Made by a program: the position numbers and the translations under genes
Shown here: piece after piece, positions 33,011 to 43,683 of the stretch
How the letters are laid out: each line of letters opens with the position of its first letter
Position numbering within the stretch: the stretch's first letter is position 1
NCBI GenBank assembly: GCA_002811645.1
Contig: PDIP01000054.1
Coordinates: 1 to 56,567 of the forward strand
Source: Corallochytrium limacisporum Hawaii
Lineage: Eukaryota > Protista > Pluriformea
DNA length: 56,567 nucleotides
Reading direction: 5' to 3'
Notes under the pieces: generated by a model
Database searches by the model: none
The model's input: the letters and a program-made list of their open reading frames with translations, nothing else
What the model was told of the DNA's origin: nothing

Positions 33011-36000
33011 ATGGCCGAGGCACTAAAACGTAGCCTCGCGAACGTCTCGCGGCAAGACTTAGAGTCGCAGTTTATTAGAAAACTTGCACAACAGAAGGCT
33101 CTGCGAAAAGAATTTGAAGCCCTACAGGAAGAAGTAAAGCAGCTGAAAGAAAAACAGCAGCAAGATAGTCTTCTACCAGCATCTACTGACAACAGTGGCG
33201 ATTGGGATCAGCCCAGTCCCTGCGAGCATTGCGGGATATTTAGGCAGCTCTATACAGACCTGAAGCTCGAATTTAGTCTAAGTGATTCGAATGACAATGT
33301 TGAAGTTGTCTTGGATGCGGTTCGAACACAAACACAAGAACTTAGGCAGGCACAGGCCGATATACGTTCCATTACAGAGGAACTGGAAGAGGCACAGGAC
33401 CAGCAGGATGATCTCAAAGAAACGATTCGTAAAATGGCTGAGGATCTGGACAAAGCGAAAGAATCAGCCATGGCAGCGGATTCCACGAAGTCGGTGAGTG
33501 AAGCAGGTATGAAGGAAATTCAAAATCTGAAGGACAAGCTCAGTTCATCCGAAGAAATGAACAAGAAGCTCAAGCTGCTGGCAAAAAAATACAAGGACCA
33601 ACTCATCAGTGCCGAGGACAAGGAACATGCTCCCAATGTGGACGCTAACAGGTTGGAATCCGAAATTTCAAGCCTTCGTGATCAACTTCAAAAGGCACAG
33701 GAGGAATCGGACAGGGCACAGCACCATCACATCGATAGCAAGGAGCGCCTCATGGCCATGGAGGAAGAGAAGAAGATCTTAGAGGCCCAACTACAGGAAA
33801 CAGCAGATAACGCACAAAGGGAGCTCCGTGAGAGGCAGAATCAGCTGTCAGCTATAACAGAGGAGAAGAACACTCTTACTGACGAATTGCAAGAAGCAAT
33901 GCGGAAGGCTGATGATGTTGCAAAACTCAAAGCACTGGCAAAGAAATACAAGGACCAACTTGCTGCCGCCCAAGTTGCCGTTCAGGCTCGCGAGTCTGGT
34001 GATCTGGATGTTCAGCAGCAATTATCAAGATTGCGGGATGATGTTGTCGAAAAGGACCGAGAAATTCAATCCAAATTGCACCAAATTTCTGAACTTGAGA
34101 TAGAGGTGCGGGAAGTACGTCAGTCTCTGGAGCTTGCGCGGGCGGAGGCTATTAAAGAAGCAGAATTGGTAAAAGAAAAAGGAAAAGAGCTTACCACCAA
34201 CCAGGAGCTTAGTGATGCCAGGAGTGACATCGAAAGAAAGACCGCAGAGATTGAAGATTTGCAGGGAAAGCTGCGAGCCCAACGAGAGCAATTCAATAGC
34301 CAACGTGTTGTACTGAAGGAAAAGGCAGCTCAGGACGCAGATCGGTTGAGGTCACTACTGCCGGAGTTAGATGAACTGCGCGGCAGAATAGAATCACACG
34401 AACAGACCATAAACGAACTGGAACAGAAGTTGCATGAGGCAACCGAGCAGAGGGACACATTTCAGCGGAACGCGAACGATTTGACTAATGACTTACAGCA
34501 AGCATTGCAACGTAAGCAAGGTGAGACCACAGAGGTCGACTCTCTAAAGGATCAAGTCCGATCTAAGACAAAGAAGGTCGATAACCTAGAAGCTTCATTG
34601 GCACAGAGCCAGAAGGACCTGTTAGAGGTGCAGGAAGCGTTGAAAAAGACTAAGTCTCGAGAGAAGGAGATCAGTGAGAAGGAAGCTAGCGCAGTGACAA
34701 CGCTGCAGGACAAGACCCAAGCATTGGAAAGAAGTCAGCAGCAGAATCAAAAGCTCAAGATCTATGCCAAACAGATGAAGGATAAGGTTGAGATGCTGGA
34801 GACCCACATCAAGGATCTGCAGCAGGCGCACGGAGAGTCCGCAAAGCAAAGCTCGGCGTATGAGAGCGATGTTCGGGATGCTGAAGCAGCCAGACAGAAA
34901 ATTGAAGACGAACTTGCGCAGGAACGCATGAGAAACGACAACGAAATAACAGAACTGCGGTCGGAGGTAAGGGAACTCCAATTCAGCATCTTGACTCTGA
35001 CTGAAGAGAAAGCTGCTGTTGAGTACGACCTCGAAATGCAAGCCCAAGAGTTTCGAACGTTTAAGGAAGAACATGAGCGTATTGCGTTGGATGAGGAACA
35101 CAAACTTGAGGAGGAAAAGAACTCGGGGATTTCTGCACTCAAGGAGGAAATCGTTCAGCTGAAGAAAGAGCTCCAAGGACAGAAGCACGACCTCACTGCC
35201 GAAATCGACGCCTGGCGATCAAAATGTGATACCGTCGATGCGACCTTGCAGCGCACCAAGGCTAAACTTCGTCTGAAGGAGAACTCGGATAGCGAAGAGA
35301 TTGAAAAATATCGCCTAGAGATAGAACAACATCTGAAGAAAATTCAGCGTCATGAACAACGTATCCAGGTACTGGAAGACACGGTTCAGGAAAGCGATGC
35401 AAAACTCAAGGCACTATCTTCTATGCCCAACCCCATGATTGGCATCGATGGGTCCGCTGGCATCGGAGGGGATGCACCCACGAGCGCGATTCAAGGCCTA
35501 GAGAAGGAGAACGAAAAGCTAAAGAACCGTCTCGCTGACCTAAAGGACCAGATTCGAACTCTGCAGAAGACCGGAAACTATCATGGTCATCCGACCAACG
35601 GCAGTATGACGCCAGAGTCCGCTGTGTCTTCAAATCCTACAGTCGTGCCGAGGGCTGCCTCTCCTTCGCCTTACGATTCCCTGCGCCTCGACAACCAACC
35701 AGTGCCAGGCACCGCGATCGGAGCCGGTTCAAGTGCAGGCACTCTGCAGCCACGCGATGTGGCGATGACGGGCTCGGAAACCTTGGACAACTCTGCAACC
35801 CCGGCAGCCACTGGCTCTTCTGACGATGATCTCCGGACCCGGCTGTGGACCACGCTCAAGGACATGAAGACTCTGCGCGTACAACTTCGCGAAACTGAGA
35901 GCTTCCGCCAAAAGAGCGACGAACAGGTGAAGGTGCTGAAGGAGGAGATCCGCCGGCTGCGCATGAACGAGAGTCGGGCTGACAAGTACAACCCAGAATA

Positions 36001-36154
36001 TGTCAAAAATTTGATCTATAATTTCATCATCAGCAAGGATCGGGGCCAGTTACTTCCCGCTCTTGCGACGGTCCTCGAATTCACTCCCGAGGAGAAAACC
36101 AAAGCGCAGAGCCGACTGCAAGGCGGAGGAATGCTGGGCGCATTTGGCTTCTGA
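33011..36154 (+). CDS. GRIP-domain coiled-coil golgin (GCC185/GCC2-like)
   Basis: About 1047 aa of E/K/Q-rich heptads; C-terminal GRIP motif 'NPEYVKNLIYNFI...LLPALATVLEFTPEEK'; ATG at 33011 in GCCACCATGG context. Confidence 0.85.
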   Translation: MAEALKRSLANVSRQDLESQFIRKLAQQKALRKEFEALQEEVKQLKEKQQQDSLLPASTDNSGDWDQPSPCEHCGIFRQLYTDLKLEFSLSDSNDNVEVVLDAVRTQTQELRQAQADIRSITEELEEAQDQQDDLKETIRKMAEDLDKAKESAMAADSTKSVSEAGMKEIQNLKDKLSSSEEMNKKLKLLAKKYKDQLISAEDKEHAPNVDANRLESEISSLRDQLQKAQEESDRAQHHHIDSKERLMAMEEEKKILEAQLQETADNAQRELRERQNQLSAITEEKNTLTDELQEAMRKADDVAKLKALAKKYKDQLAAAQVAVQARESGDLDVQQQLSRLRDDVVEKDREIQSKLHQISELEIEVREVRQSLELARAEAIKEAELVKEKGKELTTNQELSDARSDIERKTAEIEDLQGKLRAQREQFNSQRVVLKEKAAQDADRLRSLLPELDELRGRIESHEQTINELEQKLHEATEQRDTFQRNANDLTNDLQQALQRKQGETTEVDSLKDQVRSKTKKVDNLEASLAQSQKDLLEVQEALKKTKSREKEISEKEASAVTTLQDKTQALERSQQQNQKLKIYAKQMKDKVEMLETHIKDLQQAHGESAKQSSAYESDVRDAEAARQKIEDELAQERMRNDNEITELRSEVRELQFSILTLTEEKAAVEYDLEMQAQEFRTFKEEHERIALDEEHKLEEEKNSGISALKEEIVQLKKELQGQKHDLTAEIDAWRSKCDTVDATLQRTKAKLRLKENSDSEEIEKYRLEIEQHLKKIQRHEQRIQVLEDTVQESDAKLKALSSMPNPMIGIDGSAGIGGDAPTSAIQGLEKENEKLKNRLADLKDQIRTLQKTGNYHGHPTNGSMTPESAVSSNPTVVPRAASPSPYDSLRLDNQPVPGTAIGAGSSAGTLQPRDVAMTGSETLDNSATPAATGSSDDDLRTRLWTTLKDMKTLRVQLRETESFRQKSDEQVKVLKEEIRRLRMNESRADKYNPEYVKNLIYNFIISKDRGQLLPALATVLEFTPEEKTKAQSRLQGGGMLGAFGF

Positions 36155-36253
36155 TATCGATATACAGATCATTGTAAATAGATGTAACAGTAGTGATACA
36201 AGGTTGATGTATTTGAAGAGTTATGTGTATTTCATCCATATCAGAGCGCTACT

Positions 36254-36790
36254 TTAGATTCGGATGCGAAAAGTGTTCACAAAGTCAGGGGCACGAGAAA
36301 TGACATGCTCAAACTCGACATAACTCATGCGGTTGTCGCCGTCCAGATCAGATTCTTCCAGCATCTTGTCAGCCACTGTGTCCATCTGTTCCTCGGTCAG
36401 TTCCTGACCACACAGACAATACAGAGTGGACATAAGGTCGTTCTTATCCAAGTAGTTATCTCCGTCAAAGTCATAGATCTTGAATGCGTAGGAAGCTTTC
36501 ACGTCCCGAGTGGCGTTTTCAGAGAAAACAGAGAGCATATCCAGAAAATCATCAAACGTCATCTTCCCTGTTCCATCTTCACTGAATACTTGACATATCC
36601 GTGAACGAAAAGGATTGTTACGCAACTCTGGAATGTTCATAACCTCGCTTGGTGTTAAGTAGGGCTTGTTCTCAGGGTTCATGGTGTTGAACCTCTTAAA
36701 GATACGCATGATCTCCCGCCGTGTGAAGAATGTACACTCCTGGTACTCCTCAAGCTGTTCCTCGCTAAGACGAGTCTGTGCATTCCCCAT
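36254..36790 (-). CDS. Calcium- and integrin-binding protein (CIB2/3-like EF-hand protein)
   Basis: MGNAQT myristoylation start, 'EYQECTFFTRREI', 'PELRNNPFRSRICQVFS', EF-hands DFDGDNYLD and DLDGDNRMS, C-terminal 'RAPDFVNTFRIRI'. Confidence 0.93.
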   Translation of the reverse strand: MGNAQTRLSEEQLEEYQECTFFTRREIMRIFKRFNTMNPENKPYLTPSEVMNIPELRNNPFRSRICQVFSEDGTGKMTFDDFLDMLSVFSENATRDVKASYAFKIYDFDGDNYLDKNDLMSTLYCLCGQELTEEQMDTVADKMLEESDLDGDNRMSYVEFEHVISRAPDFVNTFRIRI

Positions 36791-37420
36791 CTTTCCTTTC
36801 CCGATTCCCCCTTGAATACTTGCTAATGCATGACTGCAATGTGTCTAGACCGCCTTTCCCCAACACCTTGAATACCTTCCTGATGTATATTTAACATGGA
36901 AAATGAAGCTCGTGTCATCCATGACTGTTACAAGTCGTCATTTCTATCTTCTACAATCAGTCGTCATCGCCTCGGTTTGTGTGGTTTGCACCGCTCTCCC
37001 AGAAGCTCGGAATTGGGAGACCAAACTCGCCTTCCCCGCTGGGTGAGCACGGGGCTGGTGCCTCCCGGGGGCGAACCCACCCCCGCGTACTGAATGTACT
37101 GAGCGGTCCGAGACAGGGGACCCCGTTTCCAAGGACGACTGAACAACCGGGGTTTTGGGAAGGTGGTCAGGGGAAAGAAACAGAGAGGCGAGCGGTCCTG
37201 GAGCGGAGAGAATTGGGTGGATCAGCCACTTTTTCAAAGAAGTTGTTGGAAGGTATATCAAATTTTCATTGCTACTGTGCGGCTGTGATTCTCATGCCTG
37301 CATCACACCTCGGGTTGAGTTTGTCCTGGCCGCGCAGACGACCGTTGAGATGGTGGAAATTCATTCCATTGTCTATGCTCAAGTAATGTCTATTCAAGCC
37401 TGTGCCCATGGCACTGTACC

Positions 37421-38020
37421 TTATTTTTCACACAACAGCTTGTGGATCGCCTTGGGCAGGAGTTTGTGTTCAACCTTGTGCATGCGTTCCTCGAATTCCT
37501 CAGGAGTATCATCATCCTTGAAGGGAACTTCTTCGGTCAGAATTGCCTCACCCTTGTCCACAGCCGGAATCACGTAGTGCACCATGACGCCAGATCGCTT
37601 GGTCTTGCCATCCTTCCAGTCATTGAAGGCACGTTCAATTGCATTCACTCCGTCGTACTCATTCGGTAGAGCAGGGTGCAAGTTGATCACCTTGTTCTCA
37701 AACTTGTCCAAGAACGCACTCGAGAAGACGTGCATCCATCCTGCTAGGACACACAGGTCTGGTTTTAATTCCAGTACTTTCTCTGCGACGTGGGCATCGT
37801 ACTCTTCCCGAGTCTTGCCTTCCTTTTTGAAGGGAAGTAGGGGCAAGTACATGGTCTCGATCCCAGCATTCTTCGCCCGTTCCAGAGCAAAAGCGGCCTT
37901 TCTGTTACTTACAACGCACGTGATCTCTACAGGAAGCACTCCGCTCTCGACCTGGTCAATGATAGTTTGCAGGTTGGTACCGCTGCCGGACACAAACACG
38001 ACAATAGACGGCTTACCCAT
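37421..38020 (-). CDS. purN: Stand-alone phosphoribosylglycinamide formyltransferase (PurN/ADE8)
   Basis: VSGSGTNLQ, VLAGWMH, INLHPALP, GVMVHYV..VDKG; ATG at 38020. Confidence 0.95.
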   Translation of the reverse strand: MGKPSIVVFVSGSGTNLQTIIDQVESGVLPVEITCVVSNRKAAFALERAKNAGIETMYLPLLPFKKEGKTREEYDAHVAEKVLELKPDLCVLAGWMHVFSSAFLDKFENKVINLHPALPNEYDGVNAIERAFNDWKDGKTKRSGVMVHYVIPAVDKGEAILTEEVPFKDDDTPEEFEERMHKVEHKLLPKAIHKLLCEK

Positions 38021-38244
38021 GTTGCTCTGCTGTAATTGGAGTTCACACGTATCCAATCACTTCAGCGAGTCTATCAGCCTAATACGACAACCTGTTCTAA
38101 GAATGTGTGTGTGAGACTTACGATTTTAGTCGTAAAATCATTGACGCAGCTACATGAGTGCCTTCCTGGTTCAAATACCAGCCATGTTGTCCCCCAACCA
38201 GCAGTCAACAGTGTTGCACTCCAGTGGCTGGTTTTGCGTAAAGG

Positions 38245-38267
38245 GCCCCCCCCCCGCGGGGGGGGGC
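38245..38267. promoter_or_regulatory. C10-GC-G9 palindrome in the purN/DCTN4 divergent promoter region
   Basis: Near-perfect palindrome read directly, about 240 bp and 350 bp from the two divergent ATGs. Confidence 0.45.
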
Positions 38268-38606
38268 GAGCGGACCGGACCGGGAAAATGCGTGTGCTGC
38301 GGTGTTTGTGGATGGAGGGGCTGAGCTTCTCGGTGTTGGGGCGAAGAGCGGGAAAAAATGGGAGCGCAGAAAGTTGACGGGACGCGCAGACCACCACGGA
38401 GAGACGGGCAGGAGTGGGAAGTATCGCCACAGCATTCGGTCTCTTGAGTGTTTATTACGGAAAAGGTATGACAAATCAGTTGTTTGGTCTCTCCCTTCAC
38501 GCTCTTCGGGGGTTCTTTGGTGCACAAGTGAATGTCTCTGGAGGGTTACAGTGTTGCGTGATACAGGTGTTGCAAATGCTGTAGCAGGGACGAAATAAAT
38601 CCGATC

Positions 38607-40124
38607 ATGGTTGGTAAGGTGGTTTCGAAGCCCCGAGCAGATGTCCGATATCGCTGCAATGGGTGCAATGGATCAGCAAAGGTTGAGGACCTTTTGGCCT
38701 GCGGGAGCTGTCAGCGAGTATTCCACGCTAACGGTGGGTATGGGCAGCTAAGATCCGATGGTGACCAGCACTCGTCTTGTGCTTTGATCGAAACACATGC
38801 CATTTTTTGTCCCTGGTGTTTGCGTACGGTAGCACCATTGGAGTCCCTGTTAGGTCAGGGGCGTTGTGGTACATGCTATGAGTGTCCAATTTGCGGATCG
38901 GGGCCTCTGGCGGTGTCCAAAGACCAAACCAGCACCCATAGTTTTCGATGCCGGCAATGTGAATATGATAGCAAGTCCGCTGGCCTCACCGCAACGAATG
39001 CTCGCAGCCTTCTGCAAAGGACTCGGGACCTGAACTTGGGACCAGAATCAATTGGCGCGTCCAAGTATCTACAAGCGGTGTCATCTCACCTGAAAAACAT
39101 CCAGCACGCTATGAATACAGACGTCGATGTCTTGCAGCAGATCACAAATACTCACCTTTCGCTGGCGAAACAAAAGGCGACGGCGTCAACCCAACCAGGG
39201 GAGGATGCCAAGCTTCGGGAAAAAGTAACGGAAAGCCGCCGTCGGGATCGACAGAGGGCCATGCAGGAGCATGCGGCTAAGGCCGTCGAAGGCAAACGAT
39301 ACGCGGTGCAACAGAAATTGAGGAGTCTACTAGCGGACCAGGACCTAGGTGAAGATTTACCAAAGGAAGAAGAGCAGGATCAAGTGCGAAAAGATCCTTG
39401 GAAAGGCGATTGTCTTTTGAAGGAACCCTTGTTGACCTCGTCGAGCACAAAGCAACGAGACTTGTCTGCTATTCGAGCGGACGAATTCATCCTCGTGGAC
39501 TCCCGAATCAAGAGCGCATTGCAGCAAGGTGTAGTGGCTGAATCTGCGCTACCGATAGGAAAGGAACTGGTGCCTAGACCGGACGTGCGCTGTGGATCTT
39601 GTCGGCGATTATTGTTGCGATACCGGCCAGAGAGTAGCGTTTCGGGACGCATACTGGCTGCTAATACGGAACTAGCAGAGATCTTTGGCAGCCCCTATGA
39701 TTATGTCCCACTGGTTGAAGTGCTCAACTACGAGGTATCCGGAGGGGGTATGCTGTCCATGACAATCGAATTCACTAACATCAGCCAGCTGCGGCCCATT
39801 GCTTATGATGTCATTGCTGTAGAGCCCGCCAACAGTGATGTAGCCACAGTAGATTCGTGGGACCGCAGTTCCGGTGTGCTTCATTCGGTGAACTCGGAAA
39901 ATCAAAACAGTCAATTAGTCAACATGAAAGGTCGAGTAACACAAAGTGACAAGACACGGATCTGTGTACACATGAAAATTCAGTGCTTTAGTGCTGATCT
40001 TCCTTCTGAAGAAGAGGCTCAGGACGTTGAGGTCATCAAGGACGGAGCAGCAAAGGGAATCACCGTGGTGAGGGGATCCCGGACAGCCATGGAGATGTCA
40101 TTAAGCATCCTGTTGGAATGGTAG
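38607..40124 (+). CDS. DCTN4: Dynactin subunit 4 (p62)-like, divergent
   Basis: N-terminal array of CxxC pairs ('FCPWCL', 'RCGTCYECPIC', 'CRQCEYDS'), later 'LVPRPDVRCGSCRRLL', and a beta-rich C-terminus ('IEFTN'), matching dynactin p62 architecture. Confidence 0.7.
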   Translation: MVGKVVSKPRADVRYRCNGCNGSAKVEDLLACGSCQRVFHANGGYGQLRSDGDQHSSCALIETHAIFCPWCLRTVAPLESLLGQGRCGTCYECPICGSGPLAVSKDQTSTHSFRCRQCEYDSKSAGLTATNARSLLQRTRDLNLGPESIGASKYLQAVSSHLKNIQHAMNTDVDVLQQITNTHLSLAKQKATASTQPGEDAKLREKVTESRRRDRQRAMQEHAAKAVEGKRYAVQQKLRSLLADQDLGEDLPKEEEQDQVRKDPWKGDCLLKEPLLTSSSTKQRDLSAIRADEFILVDSRIKSALQQGVVAESALPIGKELVPRPDVRCGSCRRLLLRYRPESSVSGRILAANTELAEIFGSPYDYVPLVEVLNYEVSGGGMLSMTIEFTNISQLRPIAYDVIAVEPANSDVATVDSWDRSSGVLHSVNSENQNSQLVNMKGRVTQSDKTRICVHMKIQCFSADLPSEEEAQDVEVIKDGAAKGITVVRGSRTAMEMSLSILLEW

Positions 40125-40684
40125 GCGCATAAGAAATCGTAGTTTAGAAGTTCTATTGTTATTGAACAGGCGTTTCATTTAATGATTAACCATCCTCGAA
40201 GACACCCGCTTTGGAGACCGGAAGCCTTTTGCAGCAAATTAGATTCATTCTCTGGCCTGTACTCTTTTATTGTAAGGTGCATCTTCGTCATAAATCATAA
40301 AATCAAAAACCTAGCTTGTGTACCATGAATATTAAATATCCAAGACAATATAATCCAATCAAATATGCGTCCTTTTCACTACATTTGTGGTACATTTATT
40401 ATTAAAAAAAGTGAAGATTTGCTCCGTTGATTCCGCCCGACCCTGTAAACCGGAACAGTTTCAGCGTTAAACGGTGGAAGTGTGCGGTGCAGGGAGCGGG
40501 AGTGGGGAGGTGGGCCGTTGGATGTACCCCTCCGATTCCGATGGAATGTACTGCACTTTGCCACCGGAGCGGAGGGCCAAAATCAACGCAACGGAGGCCA
40601 AATGGCACTGAAGGTCAAAACGCCCATGATTCGCCATCCCGAAGCGCTTTGATTCTAGAAGATGTTGGAGTCCCGTATGTGCGC

Positions 40685-40821
40685 AGAGCATGATGAATTG
40701 CATGCCGCGGTGGAAAGCAGTCTGACAGGCCTCTGTTCTGGTCTGCATGTGCCTTAAACTGCTCCATGTGACGAACATTTTATTGGCCAGCTCTGCTATG
40801 ACTACTGGCCCTCTGAGCTCT
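40685..40821 (+). ncRNA. Candidate long box C/D snoRNA
   Basis: Terminal stem AGAGC/GCTCT directly flanks box C ATGATGA (40690-40696) and box D CTGA (40813-40816). Internal CTGA at 40722 and GTGACGA at 40768 fit D'/C'. TATGACTACTGGC (40797-40809) is complementary to the conserved 18S 5' sequence GCCAGUAGUCAUA. Confidence 0.7.
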
Positions 40822-42370
40822 TCCGCTTGTGAACGGGAACGGTCTCCCGGGACGAGCCTGCCGACTCTTCGACCAGAAGAGCCCGATCAGCAGCAGCAGC
40901 GGCACTTGTTGAGGCTTTGGATCGCATCCGAATGAGCATCTGGAATCGTATCACTAAACTTTGCCATGCCATATGGTTCCGAACACCGTTTGGAGAGCAT
41001 AACATGAAGCAGATAAGAGACAGGACGCATCAGGTCTCATTCTGCTCGCTTACGATTTCACCGTGTATGGACTGGCAGCTCAACAACTGGAGATAGTGCA
41101 TGCTTATATTCGCAGTAACAGATCAACTGCATCCAGCGTTAGTCATTGCTTACCATGTTTAACTCTTCCACGGATGGAAAGTGCTAGTCTGAGGGGCTAG
41201 CCATTCGTCAGCGAATACTGAATGTGAAGTTTCGGGTTGGCTTCCGGCGCCATCCATCGATGTCCTAAGCTTCCAATAAGCCTATTCTGCATGCCCAAGA
41301 GGTCACCACTGATGGGTGGATTTTCCTGAATCGGTTAGCATTGTGCGGAGTATCGCAGCATACGGGACAATCAACAAGGGACTGCACCGTCGCCACAGTG
41401 ACTGTCATGATGAACACGCCAAGCTATGCTTTGCGAGTCTCCCCGAAGAAACACTATGAGTCGATAGCAGCCCGCACTGATCGCGCGATTAATTTGCTGG
41501 CGCCATACCTATCGGACAAAGTTGACAGACCGGTGGCCACCGGTCGCCTCTACGTGCTGCGACCATTCGCTTTCGCCTGCACTGTGTGTGACTGGAGGCA
41601 AGCGATGAGTGCAGTTGGAAATGATTGTCATTTGATGGAGAAACCTGCCTGATGCTGTCGGATTTCCAATCTGATAAAATTGCTCCCGCTCTCCTGGTAG
41701 TAGACGCCTTATCGTCGACGTTTTGTTATCGTATTGTATGCCCCAAAAGCTCATCCCGTAAGGCTCGATAGTCCCTAATGCGTACGCAATGTTTGCAAAC
41801 TGGCTATCTTTGTTTATCCCATCTTCCCGCCCATTTTTTTTCAGCCTGCGGGCGTAGGGACCCTCAAGGGTGGGGGGGTTCGGGAAGGACATACACACCG
41901 CAGCTGGTCACACTGAGAGAGCGATTGTAAAATACTCCCGAGAACAAAGGAGGAATATCCAGTGCGGGTGCCGGCAAAAGAGGAATTTTTTCCACACCAC
42001 AGAAATTGCCACGATCAAAATAGCAAACTGCATGGTGTCCGTCCCATGAAATTCTTGGGAATGTGCTTATTTGCGTCAGTTCCAGGCTCTGTGAACATGT
42101 CCAGACATATATTTGGTCAATACCTCAACCATACGATAGTGCCGTCTATTGAAAGACGGAACGTGTCAAAAGGTAGGAGAAAGGATTCGAGCCCAAAACA
42201 CCAAAACACCCACTCGCCTGAGTCCCTCACAGGGCCCGCATTTGGGCTAAAATGGCCCACCCTGCACGAGCTTCTGCGGGATGTCACAGCACTCTCTCTT
42301 TCCTTCTTCTCTTTTCTGCGTCTTTATGGTGCTACGGCCTTGGTTTGGTTACTGCTGGCTAAACCCGACG

Positions 42371-42443
42371 CCCCTTAACCACCGCCTCCCTCTACCCGGT
42401 CCCCCCCCCCCCCCCCGGGGGGGGGGTGTTTTGGGTTAAGGGG
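42371..42443. promoter_or_regulatory. C16G10 palindrome nested in a 10-bp inverted repeat (CCCCTTAACC/GGTTAAGGGG)
   Basis: Read directly; about 370 bp upstream of the AUP1-like ATG. Confidence 0.45.
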
Positions 42444-42787
42444 GCCCTACCCCAAACCGTTTTCCCCTTGCAGGCGTAAGCAGCCCCACTGACGCGGCAC
42501 CTACGAACCACCTGTCCGCGGCTACCACAAGTTCTTCTTGTTTACGCTCGGGGCCCAAAGGGATTTTCCAGACGCCTTCTGGGGTTTCATTTCAGTGCGG
42601 ATCAAGGTAGAATTGAAATGCATAAGGATGGTATTTACGAAGTGCAACATGTATTTCACTGATAAATATTTGGATCCACTCGCAAGAAAGCGAGAAGCCA
42701 CTGTTGCCATATTGCGCTGTAGTTTGGACAAGATAACCAACGAGGGATATGTAGCATAGTAGTTATCGGCACGTGATTCACACAAAA

Positions 42788-43615
42788 ATGGCAGCAGGAG
42801 GGCAGCCACCGGGCACCCCGCGGGTGATTGACCGGCAACTGGACAACATGGTCTCACGGAGCTTCATGTTGGGATCGCGACGGGCAAGGTACGCAAAATT
42901 TGGATGGCTACCTGTGGGAGGACTAGTTCTTTTTGGACGGTTGGTGTTGCTGACAATATTGGCCATTATTTTAGCTTTCACTACGGACGATCATGAAACG
43001 CACCGCGCCGTTATCAAAATGTTTGCTCCTGCGTTTGGCTTCTTTGTACGGCTACATCACCCAGAGCGTAGGAAAAACGTCAAAATCTTTGTCACCAACC
43101 ACCAGAGTCTACTGGATACAGTTTTGTTCCAGCACGTTGCCGCATCATCTTTCTGGAGCGCACGGTTGGCATCTACTATGACTGGGTCAATTCAACGGTG
43201 GGTCGAGTCATTGCCAGTACCCGTCCATGCATGTCCCGAAGGAAGGCCCACAAAGCCTCATACAGGGCTCTTGAAGTTTGACGAAGAGATATTTGACACC
43301 CACCTGCCCATTCAGCCGGTAATGATCCGGTATCGGGCACCGTTATTGGCGGAAGAGGCTGCCGTCCACAACCATATGGCGGGCGCGGTTACAAATATTC
43401 TGTGGATTCTGTGCCTGCCCCAGGTGTTCGTGGACCTAATACCTCTACCAGTGATGATCCGCCAGGAGGATGAGTCTCCCGCTGAATTTGCGAAACGAGT
43501 ACAGATGACCTTCGCAGAAGAGCTGAGAGTGGCACCGACTGACTACACAAGCGATGACCTATACACGGCCATTTCTCACGGTGGTGACCTGCAGCAGGGC
43601 CAGCAGCGGCAAGGT

Positions 43616-43683
<68 letters not shown>

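Noticed and set aside
41100-41195. ATTCGCAGT and TTCCACGGATG...GTCTGA, reminiscent of U14 domains A and B
   Set aside because: Matches are short or mismatched, there is no box C at the expected place, and spacing to box D is wrong.
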